Assembly (NCBI GenBank): GCA_016839805.1
Contig: JAEOTO010000015.1
Span: 1 to 64,000 of the forward strand
Origin: Candidatus Hermodarchaeota archaeon
Lineage (GTDB): Archaea; Asgardarchaeota; Hermodarchaeia; Hermodarchaeales; Hermodarchaeaceae
Direction: 5' to 3'
Length of the DNA stretch: 64,000 bases
Shown here: in pieces, positions 41,601 through 48,986 of the stretch
Layout of the letters: each line of letters begins with the position of its first letter
Numbering within the stretch: position 1 is the first letter of the stretch
Made by a program: the position numbers and the translations under genes
The notes under the pieces: model-generated
The model's input: only the letters and a program-made list of their open reading frames with translations
What the model was told of the DNA's origin: nothing
Database searches by the model: none

Positions 41601-42536
41601 AACCATCCGGTAACTGAGAACGTAAATTATATTTATCTAGAATGGATGGAGACACACCTTGTAGTGTCAACTCCGGCGATATCTCTTGCTCGAACACCAG
41701 GAGGTGATACAATCCTTGCTGCTTCAGAATCTGGTGGTCGGGTCGTCGGCTTCGCATCAGGTGTCGCACTTTCCGATTACCTAATTCAAACCATGGACAA
41801 CTTTCAGCTAGCTGTAAATATTATTACATGGCTAACTGATGACAACATTGCCCCACTCCCACCCATCCTTAATGAGATAGCAGAAACTATAACTTCACCT
41901 GACTTTACCGTCACTTGGTCTACCGCTACAGATCCTGATGGTGTTATCAGTTTATACCACCTGCAACTCGATGACGATTCTGCATTTATTGGAGTCATCG
42001 GATCGTGGTCTACAAGCGACACAAATTACACGGTGACCATAGTACTTGATGGAACCTACTACTTGCGAGTCCGGGCCCGAGATGATGGGGGTCGGTTTAG
42101 TTCATGGAGTAATGTCATCACGATTACTGTTGAATTACCCAACCTTCTACCCATTGCACCGGTTCTCAGTATTACTGATTTTACCGGTACGACTGTGACT
42201 TTAAGCTGGACTGAATCAGATGATCCTGATGGCTATGTAAGTAACTATCTTATCCAACTGTCTCCAAATCCTGCTTTTACATTCATCTCCGGAACCTGGT
42301 TCATCAATGATACTTCCCTAGCCATCGCAAATCTTCCCGCTGGTCCCTGTTTCTTCCGCGTCTCAGCCATCGATAATGAAGACGCCTTAGGTGAATGGAG
42401 TAATGTCTGTGACATTCTCGTTCCTGGTATTCCCACTACAATCTTCATCGCTGTAACTGCAATAATCGCTACTAGCGTTTGTGTTATTGTCATTGCATAT
42501 TGGGTCCGAAAACGACGAATTCCCGGCAAAGCTTAA
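35610..42536 (+). CDS. Gingipain-like C25 cysteine peptidase, multidomain and membrane-anchored
   Basis: Signal peptide; propeptide (G.PxLP, YNP); VGD, SDxYF, VGRIP, DHG (His), MAC (Cys), GDP; CARDB-like, GATase-like and FN3 modules; TM followed by RKRR. Confidence 0.9.
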   Translation: MYKFRFKQFICLLAISFLVVPSLVATATPSFAVRDPSSSSSSPTVNTLDTNRFEGLTEGVGSLDDRVSDKEREWYWRDAKGSWQDYRDSLTSYRQAAERIRHRQTSYFTQMGSGMLIQEQVEGNRLRISVRIGSYSILSYAFDEGMYQTVIVEGAETSTDYGCPTLPYKNLLFSLPADVHPLSVQVNSRLMESIDGLSLVPGPEPLRLASTYPNNPTIYFDEQAYSTSSFMPTSLVDYNEVGMRGTKGLFVKLSLMQYNPVQKHASIVVALEVDITFSEPVTSEELHINPYESQFNGGGQDYVIIAPASFVPNLGSFQQWKQDLGYDVSIMPVETIYATYSGRDYAERMRTFIQASYTQNNTLFFLFVGDGDVVPTRMVWDPYLAGGLDNGTEPSDMYFECLDGDWDANGNSLFGETDDNVDFFPEVLVGRIPVQTVTQAEDVLDAIIQLESNPPPGSWMNDVLLIGPDCFGSGDGANMIEEELNQQFLYDSFFDVYRTYPTDGSLSNINVINRINTGVGIVDFFDHGWYGGWVGALDEESGSEVSNLLNGAKTPFAFAMACETAAFDAEAYEPTIGEAFFRNPNGGAIAYIGATRIAWAGYHAFDGLHNRFWHYFFDSALTKWFASPKLALHAARQEMVTTYSMTDPISLETVYQAIYFGDPSMSLYWKHNITNSATQVEINEVVQLNGTCNLLYNNTPISDTVNVLVRDPLGHVVYNSPHITDSQGRYTATFTVSEVAGNYTVETTITQPFDYTAVNTFYVGNHSLTLQLDSSPQYFNFLDFSGSATADGTGNATLVDAEGNLVSSKLFTITGGAYSESLNLTAFGWLILHLTLESGMEHGGVSTNFLVRRGDILVIADDTGAFGPDYPGGWTANNRGDSTNLGDYYVALKSEYAVSIFYPRYEREPSLSLLQSYDAVIVTVGDNFGYPLISPDSFLLDVLFSYHNSGGQILFEGCLMSEDLANSMHNATFKSLTHTEHVKNLANTGSLTLENTLHTITSGLPATIALLDGLGTPYADVITAFNGSTCVSGYVGEVAPHAAITALTPTPTYGGVVYIGFSIDAISNQDHRTLLIQNAIAFLLQPSIEAILSDDALQTGTTETIIIEVFEAATGQPISGAEVTFNGCGISATNHTTSFGNCSLIITPTSAGIITVQITKYGFLNLTGAIIVYDLPIIEVNTIPTYLVRTTPQDLVVIATNYYEHFPLDGCFINITGCGVSDTGFTNSSGMVEFTVSPTISGLISIHANLSAYVNVTSSIGVRLIALVLPSAGTEFPSDFCWDEINLNWQDYGTIPLFINYTTFAGTNTSFTIQDLETSNADALIIPYLFEPYSPQEIEAINTYVRAGHGLFASGFAIALHSESMGPFFGVKENLFFDTYYSLSNLNILQPGHAIFLNLPDPFTTSYPFSFYPMGTGWDLSVLQGASYLAIDTSGSNYGTILTYRGIVYTSYFPELLSNRDDRQLVYNILTWSEYEIPDHELRVSLAAPNYCEPGDTVQINATVYNEGLNNETNLLLQLFIDSLQVASLPIPELANFTSETLSYLWTPLTEAIYNITAYVAPVQDETDTSNNAVTRFVTVRPIEGWILWDSIHLTDPMNYYSDWLTDLSNLGYVIEEISSGSITSVLLDSYDILICAQPYASYSGAEQTAIQTFVLNGGGLLVIGDDSPTIFDMLTLFAGIDWEYGGYAGTTSDITPHHVTTDVFSAYFDSPICELLVSSGAISLIRNGGDTLLAVSEVGSGRVLGIGDEHTIQDGAINQADNRQLALNMIDWLRRIQYLHDLRVFLEVPLYGLPDDPVYINATVRNSGLENETNITVRFYVNTSLEDTITIPELNSSDSIKVGTIWTTSTLGHYNITAFIVPVPLENVTTNNIDTRWIRIREISTYVLFDRSHENMFEENYTQWFAELYTLGISVDVLYSGPIDASTLSGYNALLCMNPWLTYSSAELTAIHNFVDNGGGLFVTGGWNPAVASSLTAPFGITYEDDFNSSIVSDITNHPVTENVNYIYLEWMETHLVVSTPAISLARTPGGDTILAASESGGRVVGFASGVALSDYLIQTMDNFQLAVNIITWLTDDNIAPLPPILNEIAETITSPDFTVTWSTATDPDGVISLYHLQLDDDSAFIGVIGSWSTSDTNYTVTIVLDGTYYLRVRARDDGGRFSSWSNVITITVELPNLLPIAPVLSITDFTGTTVTLSWTESDDPDGYVSNYLIQLSPNPAFTFISGTWFINDTSLAIANLPAGPCFFRVSAIDNEDALGEWSNVCDILVPGIPTTIFIAVTAIIATSVCVIVIAYWVRKRRIPGKA

Positions 42537-42564
42537 CTTCAGTTAAACCCCGCTTTGCATCAGT

Positions 42565-43404
42565 TTGCTTATCTTAGTGCATGGTGAAAGAGAAATGGTA
42601 TCCTATGCTGGTATGGTAACCAAAACAAAACAAGCGTTATTAGAAATTAGTAAAGCAGAGTACCGCTATCCTGAAGTGATTGAACAAGCCGAGAAAATAG
42701 GTTGGTATGAGGATTTTTCATCTGGTTATAAGGGACTTTACTATTTTGTTCCGATCTCTATTTCTCCGAACTATCAACGGCGATTACGAGTGTCCGCAGT
42801 AGATGTTCCGATGGTTCGAAAAGTGAGTGCAACACTATTTCAATCCCTAAAAGACGACGATATTAGTGACGTTGATACGGTTCTTTCCCTTTGCAATGAA
42901 TTATTGGAGAAGTGGAGTTGGGAGTATCGTACCATTGCCTTCGACTGGTCCTTCCGGGTCCGCAAGCAATTGAAACCACGGCATTTTCCGCTTTTTAAGG
43001 ATTGGACAGAACTCTATCTTTCAACCTGGGGTAGTGTCGACGATTTTTGCACTCACACAATAGGTTACTTCTTTCATGCATTCCCAGAATTCGCATCCCA
43101 AGTAAAAAATTGGGCTACCTCTCAAAATCCATGGATTCTGCGTGCAGCTGCCGTGTCACTAATTTATGGTTTGCGGCGTGGGGTGCATCTTGAGTATATC
43201 TTCGATGTTGCAGATGCCATGTTGTTGGATCCTCGGAAGTATGTCCAAAATGGGTATGGTTGGATGCTCAAGGAAGCAACCAAATTTTACCAAGATCAAG
43301 TCTTCGAATACATTATGCGAAAAAAGGACGTGATGCCGCGTCGGGCTCTCCGTTATGCTATTGAGAAAATGCCGAAAAATCTTAAGGTTCAGGCGATGGC
43401 ATGA
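42565..43404 (+). CDS. alkD: AlkD-family HEAT-repeat DNA alkylation repair glycosylase
   Basis: WGSVD, WATSQNPWILRAA, YVQNGYGWMLKE, LRYAIEK. Confidence 0.88.
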   Translation: MLILVHGEREMVSYAGMVTKTKQALLEISKAEYRYPEVIEQAEKIGWYEDFSSGYKGLYYFVPISISPNYQRRLRVSAVDVPMVRKVSATLFQSLKDDDISDVDTVLSLCNELLEKWSWEYRTIAFDWSFRVRKQLKPRHFPLFKDWTELYLSTWGSVDDFCTHTIGYFFHAFPEFASQVKNWATSQNPWILRAAAVSLIYGLRRGVHLEYIFDVADAMLLDPRKYVQNGYGWMLKEATKFYQDQVFEYIMRKKDVMPRRALRYAIEKMPKNLKVQAMA

Positions 43405-43468
43405 TTTTTTCCGGAACAGTTAGGCTCTTAATGAACTTCATATTCGCTATCACAAGGGTCATGTTCTG

Positions 43469-43909
43469 ATGAAAGAAAATTATGGATATTGTGGCTATCG
43501 ATGCCATCTGTGTGCAGCCCAGTCACCTGATAAAGACATCCGCCAGAAACTCGTAGATGGCTGGCGAAAATATTTCGGACATCAAGATTACACAGCCGAG
43601 AATGTCCAATGCGATGGTTGTAAGGCCGATGGCAAACTCGCGGATAAAAAATGTAAAGCTCGACCTTGCGCTAAAGAAAAAGGCGTGGAATATTGCATGC
43701 TGTGTGATGAGTTTCCCTGTGATAAAGTGAAACATCTCATGGGCAGCCGTAGTGGCATGCTCCTCTATTGTTTACCCCGCACCTTCGAGGTCTCTGAAGA
43801 CGAGTATAATCTGTGTATGACACAATTCAACAGCATGCCTTTCATTATCAAAACCCTTGTTCAACAAAATAGGGTACCCTCCTGGTGGAACAATACAAAA
43901 AAATCCTAA
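43469..43909 (+). CDS. DUF3795 family Cys-rich protein
   Basis: CGYRCHLC, CDGC, CKARPC, CMLCDEFPC. Confidence 0.85.
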   Translation: MKENYGYCGYRCHLCAAQSPDKDIRQKLVDGWRKYFGHQDYTAENVQCDGCKADGKLADKKCKARPCAKEKGVEYCMLCDEFPCDKVKHLMGSRSGMLLYCLPRTFEVSEDEYNLCMTQFNSMPFIIKTLVQQNRVPSWWNNTKKS

Positions 43910-43958
43910 GCCAAATGAATGGTAGAATCGCACTAGCAAAATTACCAAAATACTGGGA

Positions 43959-45218
43959 TTAAGAGGCTAATTTAGTTTTTAATTGAGCCGGCTTTGCTCT
44001 TTCAATCTGAATCCTATCAAGATCATGAAATCTCATAAATCGTACCAATTCCTGTTTAATTGGATCGATAGTTTCTGAAATTATTTTTCGAGGAAGATTG
44101 ATTTCCATGTTACGAAGAATCAGAGTCCCTGTCGCTCGATCTGCCTTGGGATCTATTCGCCCAATGAGATTATGTTGCCATAGAATGGGAGTGACATAAT
44201 ACCCGAATTTTCGATTCGCAGAGGGCGTATAGGCTTCAAGTTTTATTTTAACATTAAAAAGACGTTCAACTCGGGCTCTGTTCCAAACAACATTGTCAAA
44301 TGGATTGAGAAACCATGCACGTGAAGCCGAATCACGGCGGTCTTGTACTTCGTGAAGAAAGGGCATTTGTCGAGTGAGTATATAATACTGGCTTTTAGCG
44401 TTGTGAACCGAGATTTTCGTCACCACATCCTCTTGTTCTAAAATGTCAAGATGCCTTTCCATGGTCTTGGTGCGATTTCCTATGATATCTAACGCGAAAT
44501 TCCCACAGGTTATGTACTCACACAAGCCCTGGGCCGTGCTAGCAACCAAACAATCCAGGTTGCGTTCCATGAAGTGCCGCCAAACCTGGTCTTTATCTAC
44601 ATATCCCTCGAAGTATTTACTTGGGATGACGCGTTCGGATAGGTCATAGACTCGTTGGAAATTTTTTCGTTCAGTGACCGCAAGACGACCGGTTTGCCAA
44701 AGTAGATCTAGTGCCTGTTTTGCTGGTTTCCAGTCCCAGAATCCTCCCCGTTTTTTCCCGCTAGGGTCTTCAAAATCCTTACTACTCAACGGACCTTCAT
44801 TTCGAATTCGTGCTTCAACGGTGTCCATGTGGTCTTTGTACTTGTGGAGTTGGTTCTTCTCCCAGTTATTAATTGGAAACCGCTTCATGCGATAGCGATA
44901 GAAAGGATACTCTTCGATGGGTACGAAGCAGCAGGCATGAGCAAAGTGCTCGAATACCTGACGGTTTCGAAGTGCATCCCAGATGTGGTCAGGATGATAG
45001 TTCTGCACACGGTTTCGAAGTGTTAAATGATGACTCCTTGCAACTACAGAAATCGTATCAATCTGAACGGCTGCAAGTTGCTGGATGGCATTTTGGACAC
45101 TATACCATGGAGGCGCATCATCTAAGCCCTGACGTATAATGAAAGCTGCTCGAAGCAATGATGTATCGAAATAATCCACAAAACCACATCTAATCTGCTC
45201 AGAAAGGAGCCATCTCAT
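43959..45218 (-). CDS. ycaQ: YcaQ/AlkZ-family (HTH_42) interstrand-crosslink DNA glycosylase
   Basis: VQIDTISVVARSH (QxD), WDWKPAK, FQRVYDL, LNPFDN, EAYTP, GRID. Confidence 0.92.
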   Translation of the reverse strand: MRWLLSEQIRCGFVDYFDTSLLRAAFIIRQGLDDAPPWYSVQNAIQQLAAVQIDTISVVARSHHLTLRNRVQNYHPDHIWDALRNRQVFEHFAHACCFVPIEEYPFYRYRMKRFPINNWEKNQLHKYKDHMDTVEARIRNEGPLSSKDFEDPSGKKRGGFWDWKPAKQALDLLWQTGRLAVTERKNFQRVYDLSERVIPSKYFEGYVDKDQVWRHFMERNLDCLVASTAQGLCEYITCGNFALDIIGNRTKTMERHLDILEQEDVVTKISVHNAKSQYYILTRQMPFLHEVQDRRDSASRAWFLNPFDNVVWNRARVERLFNVKIKLEAYTPSANRKFGYYVTPILWQHNLIGRIDPKADRATGTLILRNMEINLPRKIISETIDPIKQELVRFMRFHDLDRIQIERAKPAQLKTKLAS

Positions 45219-45351
45219 AATCTGGAATTTTCCTCATCTGCTCGAATAGGGTTCTCGTTGTAACCTAAATAAGTTCAACTCTTAAAAAGGTCGTTTGATA
45301 TTTCTCGTTGTGGAACTTCAGAGTTAATAATAAACATTTTTAAAAATCATG

Positions 45352-46152
45352 TTAGAATTTTGCGAAACCAAGCATTTGTGGGACTAGCTCATCTAACATC
45401 GGATCAAGATTGGGACCCTTTGGGCTCCGTGTCTCATGATATAGCATCTCCAGTTGTTCTGCGAGTGATTGTGCGGCTTTTCTGGTTACTTGACGACGAC
45501 CAGATTGACTCGGTTTATAACCTATAAGGCCCGCTGGAATATCGTTATTGATGTCTTGCACTACTCCAAGAAGTGAAGGGATTTGATCTAAAGCTTGTTT
45601 CTTGCGGACATCGTAGAAGAAAAGTGCCCCATGAGCTCCACGATAGTGAGTGAGAAAATAGGGAATATATGGTGGGAGGATACTCCACGCTAATACTCGA
45701 ATCTGATATTCGAGACGCTCATAATCCCGAAAGGCTAAATTGAATCCCAAGGTGGCTCGATAATCCGTAGGACTTGGTTCGAATCCTGAACGTTCCAAGA
45801 GTTGAGTTAGATCTAAGTCCTTTTCCGCGATTAATAAGAGTTTTAACCCATATCTTTGACGAGACAAATCACCCACTAATGCACGTTGCGTAGTAAAGGT
45901 GTAGCCACCAGGGAGAATCTCTTTGTCCTTCAACCATTCATGGAACTGGTTCGCCAATTCAGCTTCTTTAAGTTTAATGGGGTCTTTTGGATCCACCGGA
46001 ACTCTTGGTGGTTCTTGGGAACCATCCTCTTCATCGATAATACGGATTCTCATATCAAACCGGGTCAATTGAGTGTGACATTTCGGACACTGTCCTCGTT
46101 CATCGGGATCTACCGAATGACCACAACTCCAACACTTTTCTGAAATAATCAC
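45352..46152 (-). CDS. Zinc ribbon fused to degenerate Rab-like small-GTPase domain
   Basis: CWSC/CPKC; KLLLI, YRATLG, YRGAHGA, YDV, RQV, ET motifs in Rab order; G1 and G3 absent. Confidence 0.75.
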   Translation of the reverse strand: MIISEKCWSCGHSVDPDERGQCPKCHTQLTRFDMRIRIIDEEDGSQEPPRVPVDPKDPIKLKEAELANQFHEWLKDKEILPGGYTFTTQRALVGDLSRQRYGLKLLLIAEKDLDLTQLLERSGFEPSPTDYRATLGFNLAFRDYERLEYQIRVLAWSILPPYIPYFLTHYRGAHGALFFYDVRKKQALDQIPSLLGVVQDINNDIPAGLIGYKPSQSGRRQVTRKAAQSLAEQLEMLYHETRSPKGPNLDPMLDELVPQMLGFAKF

Positions 46153-46180
46153 TCGCCCCTATTCTTCAGATATTAGATGC

Positions 46181-46396
46181 TTATTTCTCTGTTGTGCATT
46201 GGCCTAATTTCTCGAATTCATCTTTCAATTCTTTACCAATACTCCAAGCTTGTGCAAATTTATCGCCGACCTGCCAGTAACTCAACTTTGGAGCATGACT
46301 CGCTTCTGTTACGCTACAAGGAAACGCTCCTACATAATCCCGAAGTCCTAGGTATTTGGGTCCCAATTCGTTCTCCATAGAAAAATTCACTTTCAT
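46181..46396 (-). CDS. Small hypothetical protein
   Basis: 71-aa ORF filling the gap between co-oriented genes; no recognisable motif. Confidence 0.3.
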   Translation of the reverse strand: MKVNFSMENELGPKYLGLRDYVGAFPCSVTEASHAPKLSYWQVGDKFAQAWSIGKELKDEFEKLGQCTTEK

Positions 46397-46401
46397 TATT
46401 A

Positions 46402-47691
46402 TTATTGATTTTTTAGGTGTTCTCCTAATGTATTAAGCTCTTCTTGGGTTCGAGTCAATCCATCAAATGTACCATACTTCAGTATGTCATTAATGGCTCT
46501 AGCCATTTTGGAATTTATGCCAAGTCGGTCTTCTAGGAGTCCACGATTGGAGAGTTCCTTTACGTCCTCAACGCCTTTTTCAATTTTGATGGCAAAATCT
46601 TGGTAGGGTTTCCACATATTTTTGGGTTTTCCAAGAAGAATCTGACGATAGTAGACGAGGTCAAGGAGCCGGTTAATCGCCTGAACATTGGCTTCAGGTT
46701 CACCGGGTGGCATATGCCGGACTGAACGATCCGAAATCCCCACTTTTTGACACACAATTCGACCTTGCAGACCTGGGTGGACTGGTAAGAGATTGAAAAT
46801 GGGATGACCATAGGTGTGATTATTTGCATAGATCTTTTGCAAATCATCATACATTTGGGGAACTTGACGACGTACCACATTGAAGAAATAGTCCTTTTGG
46901 CGTCCAGGTTTTAGTGTCATTCCCCCAAAGAGAATAAACTCCGCTCCTGCTTTTTTCGCTTCATTCGCCAGCCCATGCATATTATCAACACTATCACCCA
47001 CAGTCGGGATTATTGGATAAGCCATCACTCCGCCAAACAAACCAGCTTTTCGAATCTGTTTCAACGCATCGAAACGTTCCCATGTCGTCGAAGATTTGGG
47101 CTCAAAAATTGACTTCATTTTCTCTTCGTACAACGTGATGCTGAAGCAAACACTGACAAAAGCTTGTTCATGGATTTCTTTCAATAAGTCAAGATCTCGC
47201 AATACGAGATTCGACTTGGTCAAAATGAACACCGGCAGACGGAAATCATGAAGCGTTTCAAGGACCTGTCGAGTGACTCGATATTTCACTTCAGCTTGCT
47301 GATACGCATCCGAAACGCCACCTGAGACACCAACAATTATTTTTCGGGGTCCTTTATCCAGCACTTTAGATTTGTCTTGCTCGCTTAGGAACCGGACGAG
47401 GGTATCTGACTGCATCTTACGCTGTGACTGGAACCGAGCTCGTTCTAGTTCCCGACGCAAGACCTTCGACGCATTTTCCTTGACACGGATATGGGTATAG
47501 AAATTATCAATGCGGTAATATTGGCAATGCCCATCACAGTAAACACAACCATGTTCACAACCGCGATATGAGTTCATGGACCGGTTGCTATGGAACCAGG
47601 CATCACCATAAATGGGTTTGGATAAGAGGGTCTTAGCTTGAATACTTTCATACCGCATAGTAGAATCACATTTCGACTTTCTATTGCTCAT
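46402..47691 (-). CDS. SplB/Rv2578c-like radical SAM protein with C-terminal HhH domain
   Basis: YRGCEHGCVYC, SDAYQ, LTKS..V.RD, FEP; C-terminus resembles the PolX 8-kDa domain. Confidence 0.85.
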   Translation of the reverse strand: MSNRKSKCDSTMRYESIQAKTLLSKPIYGDAWFHSNRSMNSYRGCEHGCVYCDGHCQYYRIDNFYTHIRVKENASKVLRRELERARFQSQRKMQSDTLVRFLSEQDKSKVLDKGPRKIIVGVSGGVSDAYQQAEVKYRVTRQVLETLHDFRLPVFILTKSNLVLRDLDLLKEIHEQAFVSVCFSITLYEEKMKSIFEPKSSTTWERFDALKQIRKAGLFGGVMAYPIIPTVGDSVDNMHGLANEAKKAGAEFILFGGMTLKPGRQKDYFFNVVRRQVPQMYDDLQKIYANNHTYGHPIFNLLPVHPGLQGRIVCQKVGISDRSVRHMPPGEPEANVQAINRLLDLVYYRQILLGKPKNMWKPYQDFAIKIEKGVEDVKELSNRGLLEDRLGINSKMARAINDILKYGTFDGLTRTQEELNTLGEHLKNQ

Positions 47692-47779
47692 TATAATGAG
47701 CCTTTAAGCTTGCGATTTTACGGTTCTTCGCTTACCTATGATATTGCCTCTTCATTATGAGAGGACTTGAGTGGGGGGT

Positions 47780-48148
47780 TTAGGCGTGGTGATGACCGTT
47801 GATTTGTTGAATGACTTGGAAGATAAACACGCCAAAGTTACTACTGTTGCGAATGCGTTTCTTCATATAGTCGCGGAGAATGTGTTTGTCCATTCCGACA
47901 TCACATTGACTGAGGACCACTACTTCGGTGAGCAGGTCTAAGAGGAGGCGTTGTTCACGCCGTGTGAGGGCGGGTCCAAGCTTATCGAGGATAAAGAATG
48001 CATCCTGGAATTCGAGAGGACCAATACTAGACAGTTCTGTTAATGCGGAGAGGGTACGACCAGCCAAGTAGTCCTTCCCGATTTCGAGAAGGCGATCATT
48101 TAATTTTCCATCCTTTCCCACGGATTTCTTGGTTTTACTTATTGACAT
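47780..48148 (-). CDS. Hypothetical helical protein
   Basis: 122-aa ORF 6 bp downstream of the HTH gene, with GGAG RBS. Confidence 0.6.
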   Translation of the reverse strand: MSISKTKKSVGKDGKLNDRLLEIGKDYLAGRTLSALTELSSIGPLEFQDAFFILDKLGPALTRREQRLLLDLLTEVVVLSQCDVGMDKHILRDYMKKRIRNSSNFGVFIFQVIQQINGHHHA

Positions 48149-48154
48149 GATTGT

Positions 48155-48817
48155 TTACTCCTTTCTCTCCTCAATGAGAACACGAAAACCGTGAGTCATC
48201 GGCTCTGGCATTTCTACAATTCGAACCCGAATCCCGTCAAGTATGCGGGCGAGTCGTTTCCAGAATTCTTGTTGAAACCGTATTGCTTGTTCTTCAGGAA
48301 TGACGCGGAATGCTGGTTGAAAGACATCGTTGTGAATTCTAATTGCATACTGGTTATCAACGAGCTCGAATGATGCGTAAAATCCAAAATTATCAAGAGC
48401 TTCCACTATGGTGCTAATTTGTTCTTGGAGGTTTCCACTTGGTTTATCAGGGAGAATCTGTTGCCATAAACTCGCCACAACTTGGCGAATGAGAGAATTG
48501 GTCGTTTTCACATCGAATGATCGGGCTATCGCCTCTACTAGTGCGGAGAGGACTTGCCCTGTTTTCACTGGAAAGAGACTGTTGGCTAGCAGTGTTAAGC
48601 TGTAGATACGTTTGGGACGACCACGCTTGGCTTGTTCGAAGGATGAGGAGACGAGTCCAGCGATTTCCAAAACGTCCAGATGACCTCGAATAGCACTGAT
48701 GTTGATATCCAGATTCTCTGCGAGGGTGACAGCATTAGCATCTGTTCTTAGCAAGTACTCGAGAATGACTCGCCGTGTACCGGTCATAAGTGGGGAGAGC
48801 TTGCTAGGTGACGTCAA
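48155..48817 (-). CDS. Winged-HTH transcriptional regulator (ArsR/SufR-like)
   Basis: LAENLDINISAIRGHL..LE..GLV, RGRPKRIYSLT. Confidence 0.85.
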   Translation of the reverse strand: MTSPSKLSPLMTGTRRVILEYLLRTDANAVTLAENLDINISAIRGHLDVLEIAGLVSSSFEQAKRGRPKRIYSLTLLANSLFPVKTGQVLSALVEAIARSFDVKTTNSLIRQVVASLWQQILPDKPSGNLQEQISTIVEALDNFGFYASFELVDNQYAIRIHNDVFQPAFRVIPEEQAIRFQQEFWKRLARILDGIRVRIVEMPEPMTHGFRVLIEERKE

Positions 48818-48986
48818 GGTGCTGAACCTTAGGGCTTCCTATGTACGCTCCCTATTTAAAACATTATAAGTGATATTTAGTGACTATAATATGAACGCTA
48901 GACCGGCTCTCAGTTGAAATAAGAAAAAGGATGGTGTAGTAAAATGTTAACTACACCGCGCCTTGAATTTCGGTGATTTTGTAAAT

